Below are positions 39,527 to 51,562 of a stretch of 64,000 bases of DNA, one piece after another. Origin of the DNA: Basidiobolus meristosporus CBS 931.73. Lineage: Eukaryota; Fungi; Basidiobolomycota. The notes under the pieces were generated by a model, which saw only the letters and a program-made list of their open reading frames with translations, was not told where the DNA came from and did not search any database. Location: assembly GCA_002104905.1 (NCBI GenBank), contig MCFE01000294.1, forward strand, positions 1 through 64,000, read 5' to 3'. How positions within the stretch are numbered: position 1 is the stretch's first letter; each line of letters starts with the position of its first letter. Both the position numbers and the translations under genes were made by a program.

Positions 39527-41793
39527 TAGTACATCTTGAGTATACTTTGATTGGTTTAGGGTAATAGTCTGGGTACTTCTGTATATGGAGAACTTAATCC
39601 TTAAGTAGTAACTGAGTTGTCCTATATCAGACATCTTGAACTCCTTAGATAGGTGGATTTAGTCTCTTCCATTGTTTCTAGGTTATTGCCGGCTTTGATA
39701 GGATCATCCATATATAGAGTTAGTAGAGCTGGGTTTGCTCTATCTGGGTTATAATGTGTACATTAGTCAGCATTACTACTTTTGGAACTCAAACATTCCA
39801 AATATGAATCTATTTTGAGATTCTAGGCCCTTGGTGATTATTAAGACAACACATAGACTTTTTTAGCTTGCAGACCAAATGGGAGTTATCTTGCACAGCA
39901 AACCTATCAGGCTTGTACATATACATATCCTTATCAAGGTCTCCATTTAAAATTGCCTTTTTTACATCCATTTGATAAATAGAAAGCAGATATTTAATCA
40001 TATTTTGACTAATCTCTGGGCAGTTTCTTGGCATATGCTGTACACATAAACATTCTTAGATGTTCTGCACCTGGACCAAGTCTATACCATGCTTCAAATG
40101 GAGTTGGATCACTAAGTATTCTGTTATTACTCCTATTTTTAAGATATATTACTGTGGCAACTGATTCAACCCAAAAATTTTAAGATAATTTTTGATCATT
40201 CATCATAGATCTTGCCATATCAATTATTGATATGTTTGTGCATTCTGCTACTCCATTTTTCTATGGGGAGTAAGGTACAGTAGTCTCTTGCTTTATCCCA
40301 TGAATTTTGCAGAAGTGGATGAAGAGTTTTGAGGTATATTATCCCCCATTGTCAGAACGTATTTTCTTGATTTTTTCACTAGTTTCTCTCACTACCAGCT
40401 TTAAACTCCCTGAGCTTAGACAGAGCTTCTTCCTTTCTCACCATGAAGTAGACCTACATGTATCTTGTGTAATCCACAGGAAAGTGGTTAAATACCTCAT
40501 CCCACCCAAGGATAAATTTTGCATAGGTCCACAAAGATCTGGGTGAAATAGATCTAGTTTTTTCTTAGTTTTTATTAACCCAGAGCTCTTGAATAGTTGT
40601 CTGGCTTGTTTCCCATATATGCCGGCTTCACAGTGCTCCAAATCAGCTGTGGTTCAATTTTAACTTCTGAAATTAGCTGATCTTATTTTTTTGAGACACT
40701 TGTCCAATGTGTGTCCTTTCCTTTTGCAGTAGTTGCAAAACAGGTTGCTGTTGCCTTTGTAAGGTGTTGGGTACCCCCTTTGTTGGCATCATTGCTTATA
40801 AAAGGATTTTCTTCTTCCATCTTATTGATGCTTGATTCTCCTAATTCTTCATCCAGATGCCATCCATATACATAATTTAAGGGCAAATACTTAGTTCTGG
40901 ATTCTAAAGTTGTTACAAGGCCCTATGACTTATCTGTCAGGCTATTCAGGATGGTTACTATCACATTGTCATCAGTAGTTAGCACACCCACAGATTCCAT
41001 CTCATCTACAGGCAGCATAATGCTGTTAATTAGATTTTCATTTCTTCTCCTGGCACTATCTTAGTAGTAAGGAAATTTTGTCTCAGATAAGTTTTCTTAG
41101 CAGCTGAACACAACTGGTAGGTGCCTTTTAATGCTCCCCAGGCATTCTTTGCTGTTTTTGCTCTTGATTGTTGAATTAGCAATTTGTCTTTATCATTAAG
41201 GCAATTGCAGTTAAAGGCACTTTGTTCTTTCTTTTGGTACTTTTTTAGGCTTCCTCTCCCATGTTTTTAGGAAGGCATTCTTCTCCCATGACAATATCCC
41301 AAAGGCCTCTTTCTTGTGGCAGCATCTTTGTCTTCACCTTCCACACTTAGAAGTGTGAACCCATCCAACTTTTGAGCAGAGGAAAAGGTTTCAGTAATAG
41401 CAGTAGTAGACATTGCAGAGAATCACTACTTGGGGCTCATATTCTGTTATACAAGTCTTGAAGATACTGGAAGTGATTTGGGAGGACCAGTAGAATATAC
41501 GGTTTGCACTTAATGCTTTATTGAATGTGGAAGTAGTGTTTATATTTTGATACAGTCTTGGCATTACAAACACATGGAAGAGGTTAAGGAAGGCCCCAAG
41601 AACATGTGTGCAAAGTTTGGGGCTGCTTGGCCAACTTTGAGACTTCTCATGTTCTGGGTACATGGTATTCTGGTGGAAATGTTTTAAGTAAGTCCCAATA
41701 AGGAATTTGGTTAGTATTCCCCAGAATTTGAAGGCAAGGATCTAAGTAACTAAGTTAGGTGAATGTTTAAGTAGAATTGGAATTTTTACAACA
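39527..41793 (-). mobile_element. copia family 3, 5' LTR + gag + deleted integrase/RT relic
   Basis: LTR 41445-41793, degenerate half-tRNA PBS 41432-41444, gag MSTTAITETF..LDG, FHPDLCGP integrase piece, QMDVKKAILNG RT piece. Confidence 0.88.
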
Positions 41794-42439
41794 GTGTGTG
41801 CACTGTGCCAGGAAATTAGGATAATCTCAATCAGGTGAATTGACAAAACCTTAACTTGACCCATTATAGGTAGTTTCCACTACCTCATATAGTGTCTATA
41901 TGATGAAAGTAACTGTTCCTGAGCCTAATATAGACATAAAGTGAAGTTGTCACCATGAATTAGACTGTTGCCCAGAAATAAGGAAACCTTAGATCTACTG
42001 TGAATGACAAAACCTTAACATGACCAAAAGTGGGTCCATTTTTCTCAAACAAGAAGCATTGGATAGCCTAGTGGGTATATATCATAACTTCAATCTGGCA
42101 GTTAGACTCAGCCCATTATTTAAGCTTATGCAAGGTATCAAAGATGATGATTACTATTTTGATCAGATTGTACTGATTTTAGGAACATAATTGAATAGCA
42201 ATGCACCTTGAATTATAAGTTACTACATCAGTTAATCAGCACAAGTGCACATACTGTTGGATAATATATTAGTCCAGTATGCAACACAGTTAAATCTTAA
42301 ACACTTATTTCAGATTGCACACCCTCAGTATGTATTTATTACTTACAAATACTTTGTTGAGTGGAAGTGTTGTACCTATTGAGTTGTAACCTTAATATTT
42401 ATGCTAATTTAGTCCAATAGATCATATTTGTTGAATAGC

Positions 42440-42640
42440 ATTCTGTCCTGGCCAAATTTCTTGTTGGGATTTACTTCAATATTGTCACCAAAGTAAAAGG
42501 TACCCAGATTATAATCTTTCTCAAAGTTGTCAAAAAGCCCCCAAACTTTGTACACATATTCTTAGGACCTTCCTTACCATACTCTATATGTTTGCTTGCT
42601 CTACTTTATCAAAAGTATAAGTATCATAAGACTAAGAGTA
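42440..42640 (-). repeat. Degenerate copia family 3-like LTR fragment
   Basis: The reverse complement resembles the AAGGTCCCAAGA..CAAAGTTTGGGGC..GTAAATCCCAACAA core of the 41445 and 62634 LTRs. Confidence 0.55.
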
Positions 42641-42781
42641 TACCAAAGTTGTCAGCCCCCAATTGGCTCTTTGACCAACACAGAAGCTACCTGATTTGCC
42701 ATCAAATATCCCATTTTACCCATTAAGCAAGTAAATCACTGATCCTAGTCATTTGACAAGGTATCAGTATTCTGAAACCTG

Positions 42782-43088
42782 TGTAACATAGGGATACCAT
42801 ATATGATATGGAAATGGTAGGGATGGTGACACAGGTTGACCATGTGTCATGGGTACTAGCGCGGGTACTTGCCTAACATAGAAGCCCTTATAGCTAGTAA
42901 TCTTACATAAAGTGAGGGGTAACTTATGCAATAAGGTAAGCAGGTGTGATAGTCAACCAGCTTATGGGATAGTACTGATCAGGTAAGACAAATGGGATAA
43001 AACTAAAATAAGTGTAGTATAGATATAGGGAAGTAGAAATATGGGAATGAGCACATCTGTCAGTGGGTGTCACTGTCACCCCACTACA
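42782..43088 (-). repeat. About 307-bp LTR-like repeat (TGTAGTGGGG..TGTTACA)
   Basis: Inverted homolog of 48400-48707 with TG..CA ends. No TSD found. Confidence 0.7.
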
Positions 43089-43089
43089 A

Positions 43090-45070
43090 CACTGTTGCTA
43101 GCGGTCTCTATTCTGTTGTCTTGTATTATGATTAGTTTGGGGCTTGTTCTACAATGTAGAGGCTAATCAACAATATACAACAACTTCCAGTATGCTAATA
43201 CTGATATAGTTTATTGGGAGTTTGATATAACAGTAGAAGATATAACTTTGACTAATTTCCTCAATCTTAGGCTGAAAATATACTGTAGGCAGTGTATATC
43301 ACTTCTACAGCAGTGTTCTGACTTTCTGTTGACTAATGGTCTTATTTACTTTTATAGTAACTTTTCCTTATTTGTAAGTCACTTTCCTTTATGAGAAAAT
43401 ATTTCCTAATATGGAAATTTGGAACTCCCCTTTAACTTAAAGGGGTGTGTTGTGGAAGTCTCTAAAGGGGTCTTTAGACCTAAAGGGGTGTCTAAAGGGG
43501 TTTCTTTAGAGTAAAGGGGCATCTTATAGTGGTCTATAAAGTGGACTTTACACTAAAAGGGTGCCTAAAGGGGTTTCTTAAAGGGGTCTCTAAAGGGGTC
43601 TTTTGACTAAAGGGGTGTCTAAAGTGGTGTCTTTAGAGTAAAGGGGTTTCTCAGAGGGGACTTTTCCAACAGAAAAGTGGTAGTTTCTTGTAGAACTTAG
43701 ATTGGATTTTTGTGAGCTTTGCAGTCTCTTTACTGATGTAGTACTGATCAAAGTCAGAATACTCAACAGTGCAAGTGATGCAGGGGAAGTCTTATAACAT
43801 TTAAACTTGTAATTGTAGTGTGGAGATTCTGGAAAGAGAGGCTCTCACTTTATTTTTCAGCTGGGGAAGTCATATATATGAAAATTTTGTAGTATCAAAG
43901 TTTTTGGGCGATTGCGCAAGCAATACACGTGATACAAAGCTAAAATATTGCAGTGGCGTAGATCAGACATAGGCGCAGCACCTGTGAAGATATCACGTGA
44001 TTTGATTGGCTGGTTCAAAAGTTACACGCAATCAAAGTCACCATAGTAATCCTAGCAATAAGGCATAGTATATATAATAGTTGGACTCTTTTGGTCATAA
44101 CTCCTGAAGTACTGCTTCAAATGAGCTGTAACTTGTAACATGTGTTGGCTACTATGTGTTCTGTATGATATAATATTCTTGGGTGAATTGCTTGTCAGGG
44201 TCTGGAGCATTTGATCTTCAAAGTTGGAAATTCTTGATCTTCCACTTGTGTGTTATGATAGCAAAAAGCAAAATAAAGAAATGAGTGCAATATTGGTTTA
44301 GAGATATTGTAGTAATGGAATACTTTCCATTACCACAATTCTTCCTCTTGAAGCTCACCTTCTGTTTCCTCAAGGCATCCACTTACTCTCTGTCTAATAC
44401 ATTATAACTGTTGCCTGGATGAGTCCTGTGTATATTGTTCTTGAAAGCAACTTAGCTCTACTAATATATCATATAATACATTAGTCAGTTGAGGCAAAAT
44501 TGTATTCAAAATATCTTTGGTTCTCAAAGTTGAGGCACAAACCAATGTATCTGGCCTGTACTGAGCAAACTGTGCTCAAAATTGTTCCTGCCTGACTTTC
44601 TCATTAAATCCTATCCCTCTCAGCTCATTCTTTATTTCAATACTGGTCTTGTTATATATCTTCTTACATACAACCGCTGGCATCTTGATGTAGAACTCAT
44701 GCCACAGCTTTCTACTCAGGTTCTTCCATCTCTGTTGACTCTCTGAGGTATCTAGTTGAGCTAGATTAATGAGTAGTGCCTGTTGTGCATCAACATTTAA
44801 AACTTGAGCAATTTCATTCTGTTAGAAAATCTAGTACCCTAACTGATTTTCCCTAACCCAAACATAACTAATCCCAGTTATGGTTTATTTTATCACTTCT
44901 CAGAATCTATATTTAGCAGTCACACCTGATTAATTTTCATGTGGTCATTACGTACTCAACTGATCTGCTAAGCCTTTTCAAGTAATTATTCATCTGATAT
45001 TTATCCAACTGCTTAGCAGTTGTCAAGACATCAGGTGACTAATGATGCAACTTTTCATTTATCTTATGCA
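43090..45070 (-). pseudogene. Spliced gene relic of unknown function (weakly Myb/SANT-trihelix-like), split by a solo LTR
   Basis: Single frame 44818-44338 (160 codons, 2 stops), preceded by a GTAATG..CTAACAG 133-nt phase-0 intron (44951-44819) and an in-phase upstream exon. Confidence 0.55.
43114..44337 (+). repeat. 1224-bp solo-LTR-like element, copy 2
   Basis: Homolog of 37954-39170, 4-bp TSD ATTC on both sides. Confidence 0.88.
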
Positions 45071-45883
45071 CCTATCAACACCCCAACAGATCTCAGTTAG
45101 TCCAGTCTCTTGGTGCTTACTAATGCAACTCAATCAAAAAGTATAAATAAGGTTTACCCAACCTTTTGGTTTAGTGTGTGTCTCTACAAAATTAAGAATT
45201 CAACAAATCCATTCTGGTTTCTACCCAAGCTTAGCATATCTAGCACTCTCAAGAACACCAAGCCTAGCCTGCAGAGCAAACCTACTCTGTTGCCTTTATA
45301 AGCCCAACTCAGCTATATATAAGACCAATATTAAACCAGAACCTCTCTGCTAATATTTCTGGCACTCTTGACAATTTAAAATTCTGCACTTAGTTGTCAC
45401 TTAGGTTGAGTTAACTCATTCAAGAGTTTTATTACACTTTTCTCTTGGATACAACAGTGCCCAAATATCTGTATGAAGGCTCATAATAGACACTTGGGCC
45501 ATACTTGAATCATTTTGTAAAAACTCAAACAGATCCAACATCAACTTTTCCAGTCCAGACTGTGCTTGTGGGCTGGGGAATGGATTTTTTCTGGGTTGTA
45601 CTAACAATGAGTCAAGACTTAGTATAGGAACCATAGTGATGGATATGGATACTTATACAGTAGTGTATTGGCATCAACCTAGTCTTATATGAGATAAATA
45701 TGAAAACTAATGTGATTGTTGAGTTTTCCATATATTATGCATGATGCATCTTGGATTGCATTGACACAGATCAGATCACATCATTTGCAGATTTCCTATT
45801 TAATTATAGACTTGTGAGTAAACAACAATAAAGATACCAAGGCATTGTTTGGGGATGTTTTTGTGACATACTGATGGGATACA

Positions 45884-46257
45884 TAGCTAGTATTGTATTC
45901 ACTAAAACTTGAACTGATTTTTTTTGAAATTCCATAGGTTGTGAATGATGACTCATTTAGCTGCATCATCATCACCCAATAAGATCCTATTTAATATATC
46001 TATTTCTGTCTGACAAAGATTTGGTGAGTCATTTGCTGACTAATGCTACTGATTTGATAAATAACACTGATATACTGATAGGCTAAACATATAACTAATG
46101 GATTTGACTAAGAACTGATCTAACTTACACATTCAAGGGGAAGATTATAACAATCTACACAATCTTGCGATGGGATCTGTGGTAATGGAAAGTATTCCAT
46201 TACTACAATATCTCTAAATCAATATTGCACTCATTTCTTTATTTTGCTTTTTGCTAT
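45884..46257 (-). repeat. 374-bp near-identical inverted duplicate of 39091-39464
   Basis: One mismatch found by eye. Spans the solo-LTR end, 25 bp of CACTA flank and the deleted Ty3 LTR. Confidence 0.92.
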
Positions 46258-47273
46258 TGTAACACACAAGTGAAAGATCAAGAATTTCCAACTTTGAAGA
46301 ACTAATGCTCCAAACCCTGACAAGCAGTCCACCCAAGAATATTATGTCATACAGAACACATATTAGCCAACACATGTTTCAAATTACAGCTCATTTGAAG
46401 CAGTGCTTAAGGAGTTATGACCAAAAGAGTCCAATTATTTTATAAACAATGTCTTTTTGCTAGGATTACTAGGGTGACTTTGATTGCATGTAACTTTTGA
46501 ACCAGCCAATCAAATCATGTAAAAGTCTTACAGGTGCTGCGCCTATGTCCGATCTGCGCCACTGCAATATTTTAGTTTTGTATCACATGTATTGCTTGCA
46601 CAATCGCCCAAAAACTTTGATCCTTCAAAATTTTCATATATGTGATTTCCCCAGCTGAAAAATAAAGGGAGAGCCTCTCTTTCCAGAATCTCCACACTAT
46701 GATTACAAGTTTAAATGTTATACAACTTCCCCTGCATCACTTGCACTGTTGAGTATTCTGACTTTGATCAGTACTACATCAGTAAAGCAACTGCAAAGCT
46801 CACAAGAATCCAATCTAGGTTCTACAAGAATCTACCACTTTTCTGTTGGAAAAGTCCCCTCTAAGAAACCCCTTTACTCTAAAGACACCCCTTTAGACAC
46901 CCCTTTTGGTCTAAAGACCCCTTTAGAGACTTCTACAACACACCCCTTTAGGTTAAAGGGGAGTTCCAAATTTCCATATTAGGAAATATTTTCTGAGAAA
47001 GGAAAGTGACTTCCAAATAAGGAAAAGTTACTATAAAGTAAATAAGCCCAGTAGTCAACAGAAGGCCAGAACACTGCTGTAGAGGTGATATACACTGCCT
47101 ACAGTATATTTTGATCCTAAGATTGAGGAAATTAGTGAAAGTTATATCTTCTATTGGTATATCAAACTCCCAATAAACTACTCCAGTATTAGCATACTGG
47201 AAGTTGTTGTATATTGTTGATTAGCCTCTACATTGTAGAACAAGCCCCAAACTAATCATAATACAACACAACA
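46178..47273 (-). repeat. 1096-bp solo-LTR-like element, copy 3
   Basis: Reverse-complement homolog of copies 1 and 2 with a shorter G-tract array. GATC on both sides. Confidence 0.88.
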
Positions 47274-47277
47274 GATC

Positions 47278-48215
47278 CCTTGTTAAGCTTCTCTGCTATT
47301 ATAAGAGCTATTGCCCCACAAGGTTTCAACCCACCATCCCTGGCAGCAAAAGTCCTAGATGCTTTCATTTGCAGCTGACAGCAATGGAGAACCACCTTGC
47401 AGAGGGTATGAATGACTTAGAGCAAACTTGGAGTACTAGGTTCAGAAGCCCCAGTAGACTTCCATATCCCCAAGTGTTCAGCAACAGGTTCCATATAAGA
47501 GGTATACTGGATACCTTCCCAGTCAGGATTAACAGACCTTCTAGAGGGCAGAAGCACTTTTATTCTTGCAAAACAAGGCACACTGTGTGTAGTTTCAAGC
47601 ACTGTCTGACATTGATGGTTGCATCATCTGGTTTGGTAGGCCATTTGCTGGAAGTAGGCATGACAAAGCACTTTAGGTAGAGAGTTATTCAGAATTCAGT
47701 AGAGGGGAGAAATGTATGGCATACTTAGCTTATATAGGAGAGGATTGTCAGAGATTAGGATGTATTTCAGCTTATAGGAAACCAAGGAATGGTGTGCTTA
47801 GCAGGAAGCAGAAGCTCTACAATCAGATAATGAATCATCTCAAAGTGAGGGTAGAGCATACATTTGAATATCAAAAGAGATTCAGCATACCGGCAGGTAA
47901 ATAGAGAGGAAAGTCATATAGAGGAGAAAACAGTAGAGTAGGTAAGATAGTTAAGATACTTATCAATGCACAGTACATTTGTACAAGAAGACATCCACAG
48001 AGAGAAATGTGTCTGGAGCATTATGAAGAGTAAATAAAGCAAGGAAAGCACTACTCTGAGCAACATAAGTAAGATTGAGTAAATTGCCAGTAACTATATC
48101 CTACCACTGGCATTATGGTAGAAGTTATAGTGACAGATGGAGCCATAGAGTGCCAGATCAATCAAGCACCATAAACAGGCTGGCACTATGTGGCACTATC
48201 ACATGGGCCAAGTCT
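47278..48215 (+). mobile_element. PIF/Harbinger-ISL2EU (PHIS)-type transposon 3' part: DDE_Tnp_4-like transposase relic about 47290-47990 plus right terminus
   Basis: ILDTFPVRINRP..QKHFYSCKTRH, G..HD, AYLAYIG, YRKPRNGVLSRKQKLYNQIMNHLKVRVEHTF. GGCAC repeats and the CAAGTCT|ATT end at 48215 match the MITE termini. Confidence 0.75.
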
Positions 48216-48399
48216 ATTTGCCTACCCACTACTACCTTGGGTATTCCACATATAGTTCAAATCAAAAAAAACTATGGCCTCCTGCTTAATAACCTCTACA
48301 AATGCACACACCTGCTACAATTGACATACTTCTATAACCTCAACTTTATGGCTTCTTAGTGTGATACTTGCAAAGCTGCCATATACCTTGTACTGCCGG

Positions 48400-48707
48400 T
48401 GTAGTGGGGTGGCAGTGACACCCACTGACAGATGTGCTCATTCCCTTATTTTCTACTTCCCTATATCTCTACTACACTTATGATTGTTTTATCCCATTTG
48501 TCTTACCCAATCAGTACTATCCCATAAGTCAGTTGACTATCACACCTGCTTACCTTATTGCATAAGTTAGCCCTCACTTTATGTAAGATTACTAGCTATA
48601 AGTACTTTGATATTGGGCAAGTACCCGCGCCAGTACCTGTGGCATATGATCAACCTGTGTCACCATCCCTACCATTTCCATACCATATATGGTATCCCTA
48701 TGTTACA
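48400..48707 (+). repeat. About 308-bp LTR-like repeat, second copy
   Basis: Homolog of 42782-43088. It is followed by a non-coding tract whose 49060-49360 part resembles the Ty3 leader at 53560-53850. Confidence 0.7.
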
Positions 48708-51562
48708 CAGGTTTCAAAATACTGATTCCTGATTGGTTGGATGTGCTGTGCCTCTTAAACCCTTCCAGCACCTACTTGGAACATTCTTGGGTCATTCTGA
48801 TGTCATTAAGATTTCTATTGATATCCAGAGCCTTCTAGAACACCATGATTAGTAATCACTTAGCCAGTGAGAAGAGTATATAAGGGAGGCTATCCCTCTA
48901 CAATAAATCATCATCTCTTTTATCAATATTCCAACATGTTGATTAGTGTGATCACTGCTGACTGCTGCTACCTGAACCTCCAACCCTAGACCACAGGACA
49001 CTTCCAGGAAACTGCGCTGACAGCCAACTGACCTTGGAGGCACTACTTGTGAGGAATACTCAGAGTAGGTATCTTTTATTATATTTGATTCTTTCCCAAG
49101 TTTGTTCTTGTACAGGTAAAGATACTTTTCTGTCTTTGTAACTATTGACCACAGCTGCATTCTTATTAAGTCCCTGCTGGTGGAGTTTACAGTTGTTTTG
49201 ACTTTGGAAGCTTTAGTACATTGTCATCTCAAAGGATGCTGAACCCAGCACATACTTTTGTTATGACACCAACTAAGTTGGGGATTGTAGCTCAATAGTT
49301 TTCCCTTGACAAGCTTGTGGCTTTATTCCCCTTCACATTAGATTAGAGACAGAACCCAAGTAATCCTAGCAAGCTTTTGCCAGAGGTTATTGCACCCAGT
49401 GAACACCCCACGCACAAAATACTTGAGAAGTGTTGGACGTATCTCTCCCTTGGACCTATACACCACCACAACGGTAGTACCTGCAACTTGACTTGTCTTC
49501 CTATCTCCCCACACATCCGCTCTGTAGGTAACTCCCAAAAGGTGAAGCAAGGCCCAATATTCTCCACACACCATACAAGATGGAGTAGAGAATGGATACA
49601 GTAGCGGCAGATGTCTACACGTCCAGCTTTATGTTTGTAGCATAGCCGCCCAAATCCCATCACAAGTTCCTCACACAACAGCTGTAGATGAGTAAGGTTG
49701 GCATCAATGATCCACTTCTGAATGAGTATTCCTACAATGTCCACATATGACTCTCAATGCTTCCAATGTACTCTTGATAGGAATGGCTTCAGAACACCAT
49801 TTGAATAAATACATATCTAGTTCATCCAGTCTTTGCATTTACATTGTTGCATATGCAAATGAATATTAATTAGAGCCCATGAGAAGTACATAGGGTAGCA
49901 GATGCTCTGTAACATCTTGCCAATTCTTTCAAATTTCTCCAGTATCTCAAAGGGCTCATTTAGCTTGAAATGCCCCATGTACAGCTTGGTCATCAGTATA
50001 GGGATATGTTGAAAAGCAAATGCATTGCTCCCAGTGGAAAGCTTTTGCTCCAACAGATATCCTCTATCTTAAGTATCTCTGGTTTCCAACTGGTTCTATA
50101 TTTTGGCCAATGGCTGATAGCTTGCCAACTTTGCTGCAATTGCATGCTGACTTCTGTATATTCTTTCTGTGGAAAGATGATGTTCTTAGTGCTGGTGTTT
50201 GGGTAATAATAATGTGTGTGAGTTATGGAGCAAATCCCCTGGATCTCACACATTCAACAGCAATACTGTCCATTGTGCCTAGAAAAACCTGCTATCTGGC
50301 TGATGGCTGGGGTATCTCCAATGCAGATAGTAGTATGTACTTTTACATGATGGTCATTTACTGTTATCCTGCTGGAAAGCTTACAAAATTCATCAAGCAA
50401 TGGATACTGGTAGCTATCCAGGTTTGATGGCAATTTAGGCCCAGATGCCAGTGAGACTACCATCAGATTATTGCTCTGATACCATGTGATGAGTGGCAGA
50501 TTCAGATTGATGAGAATCAGTGGCCTACATGATTTGCTGGTAGAGTATTTGTTTAATGAGAATCCATCAAGTGCTAAAGCAAAGGCATGGTCATGCATAC
50601 CTTCAAAGTAGCCCTTGCTTATTAGCTGTTTGTATTGTTTGCCATCATATTTATTGGATATGTTTGCGCTTGATTGATACTGAGAGCAGTACTCTATAAT
50701 TTTGCCATACTTGTCAGACTGCATCAGCTTCCTCAGACAGGGTATGACTGGAATATATCCAGAGTGTGGACAATGCTTTCCCTCAACAGTGGTGGATTCC
50801 GGACAATTTTGATACATTGCTATGGTAGCATTTTTGGATGTGAATGCCATGCAACTGTTAACACATGCTGGAATCAGGACAGTCTCTGGGTCATATGTTG
50901 CCAGCCGCATGATTGTTGTCCAATTGTACCATGTACATGGTAAATTGCATCCTGGTATGATTTTGGCAAGACCAAGTAATAAATCCTCAAGGCCCCCATG
51001 ACTCATATTAGAGGAAATGCACCACTTCTCTAGCCACAATATTACACATTCACCTGTAGATGGATTACTGGGCTCACTTGGCTCCATAAAGTATCCTTGG
51101 CATTTGTTTCAACAGGGGTTGTCTTATTGCAAATAGGGGTTTGACTGGGCTCATACATGTTACTGTTGTTAGGGGAGATAGGCTCAAAATCCATCAGTGA
51201 ACCTTATTTGTCAGAACTATCACTCTGCGTGCCATACTCCAAAGGCTGAAGTGATCCTAAAGGTGTCACAAATTCACCTGACTCAGTTTGTGCAAGGTGT
51301 CAAAGATGGCCAGGTGCCAATATAGATGTATCAACTGGCTTGCAAGGTAAAGTTGGTACAGTAGTGACCAATGAATGGTCAAATATGACTTGGGTGGCTA
51401 AGCAATGGCAGTGATTCTTGTAATTCTTCCTATGCTGTCTGCATGCTTCATGGCTGAGAGGCTTGCCACAATAGCCGCATGGTCTTTTTTCTCCTCTCTT
51501 ACAGCATTGAGTCAAAGTAATCTTGTCAATGGGGCAAACAGTGTGACCTTTAGCAATGTAAT

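Noticed and set aside
41960-41976. ATT|AGACTGTTGCCCAG as the missing left terminus of the PHIS element
   Set aside because: Weak match, with no GGCAC subterminal repeats following.
41836-42025. About 25-bp direct repeat TGAA(T)TGACAAAACCTTAAC.TGACC 165 bp apart
   Set aside because: Two imperfect copies with no TSD or other structure, too little to interpret.
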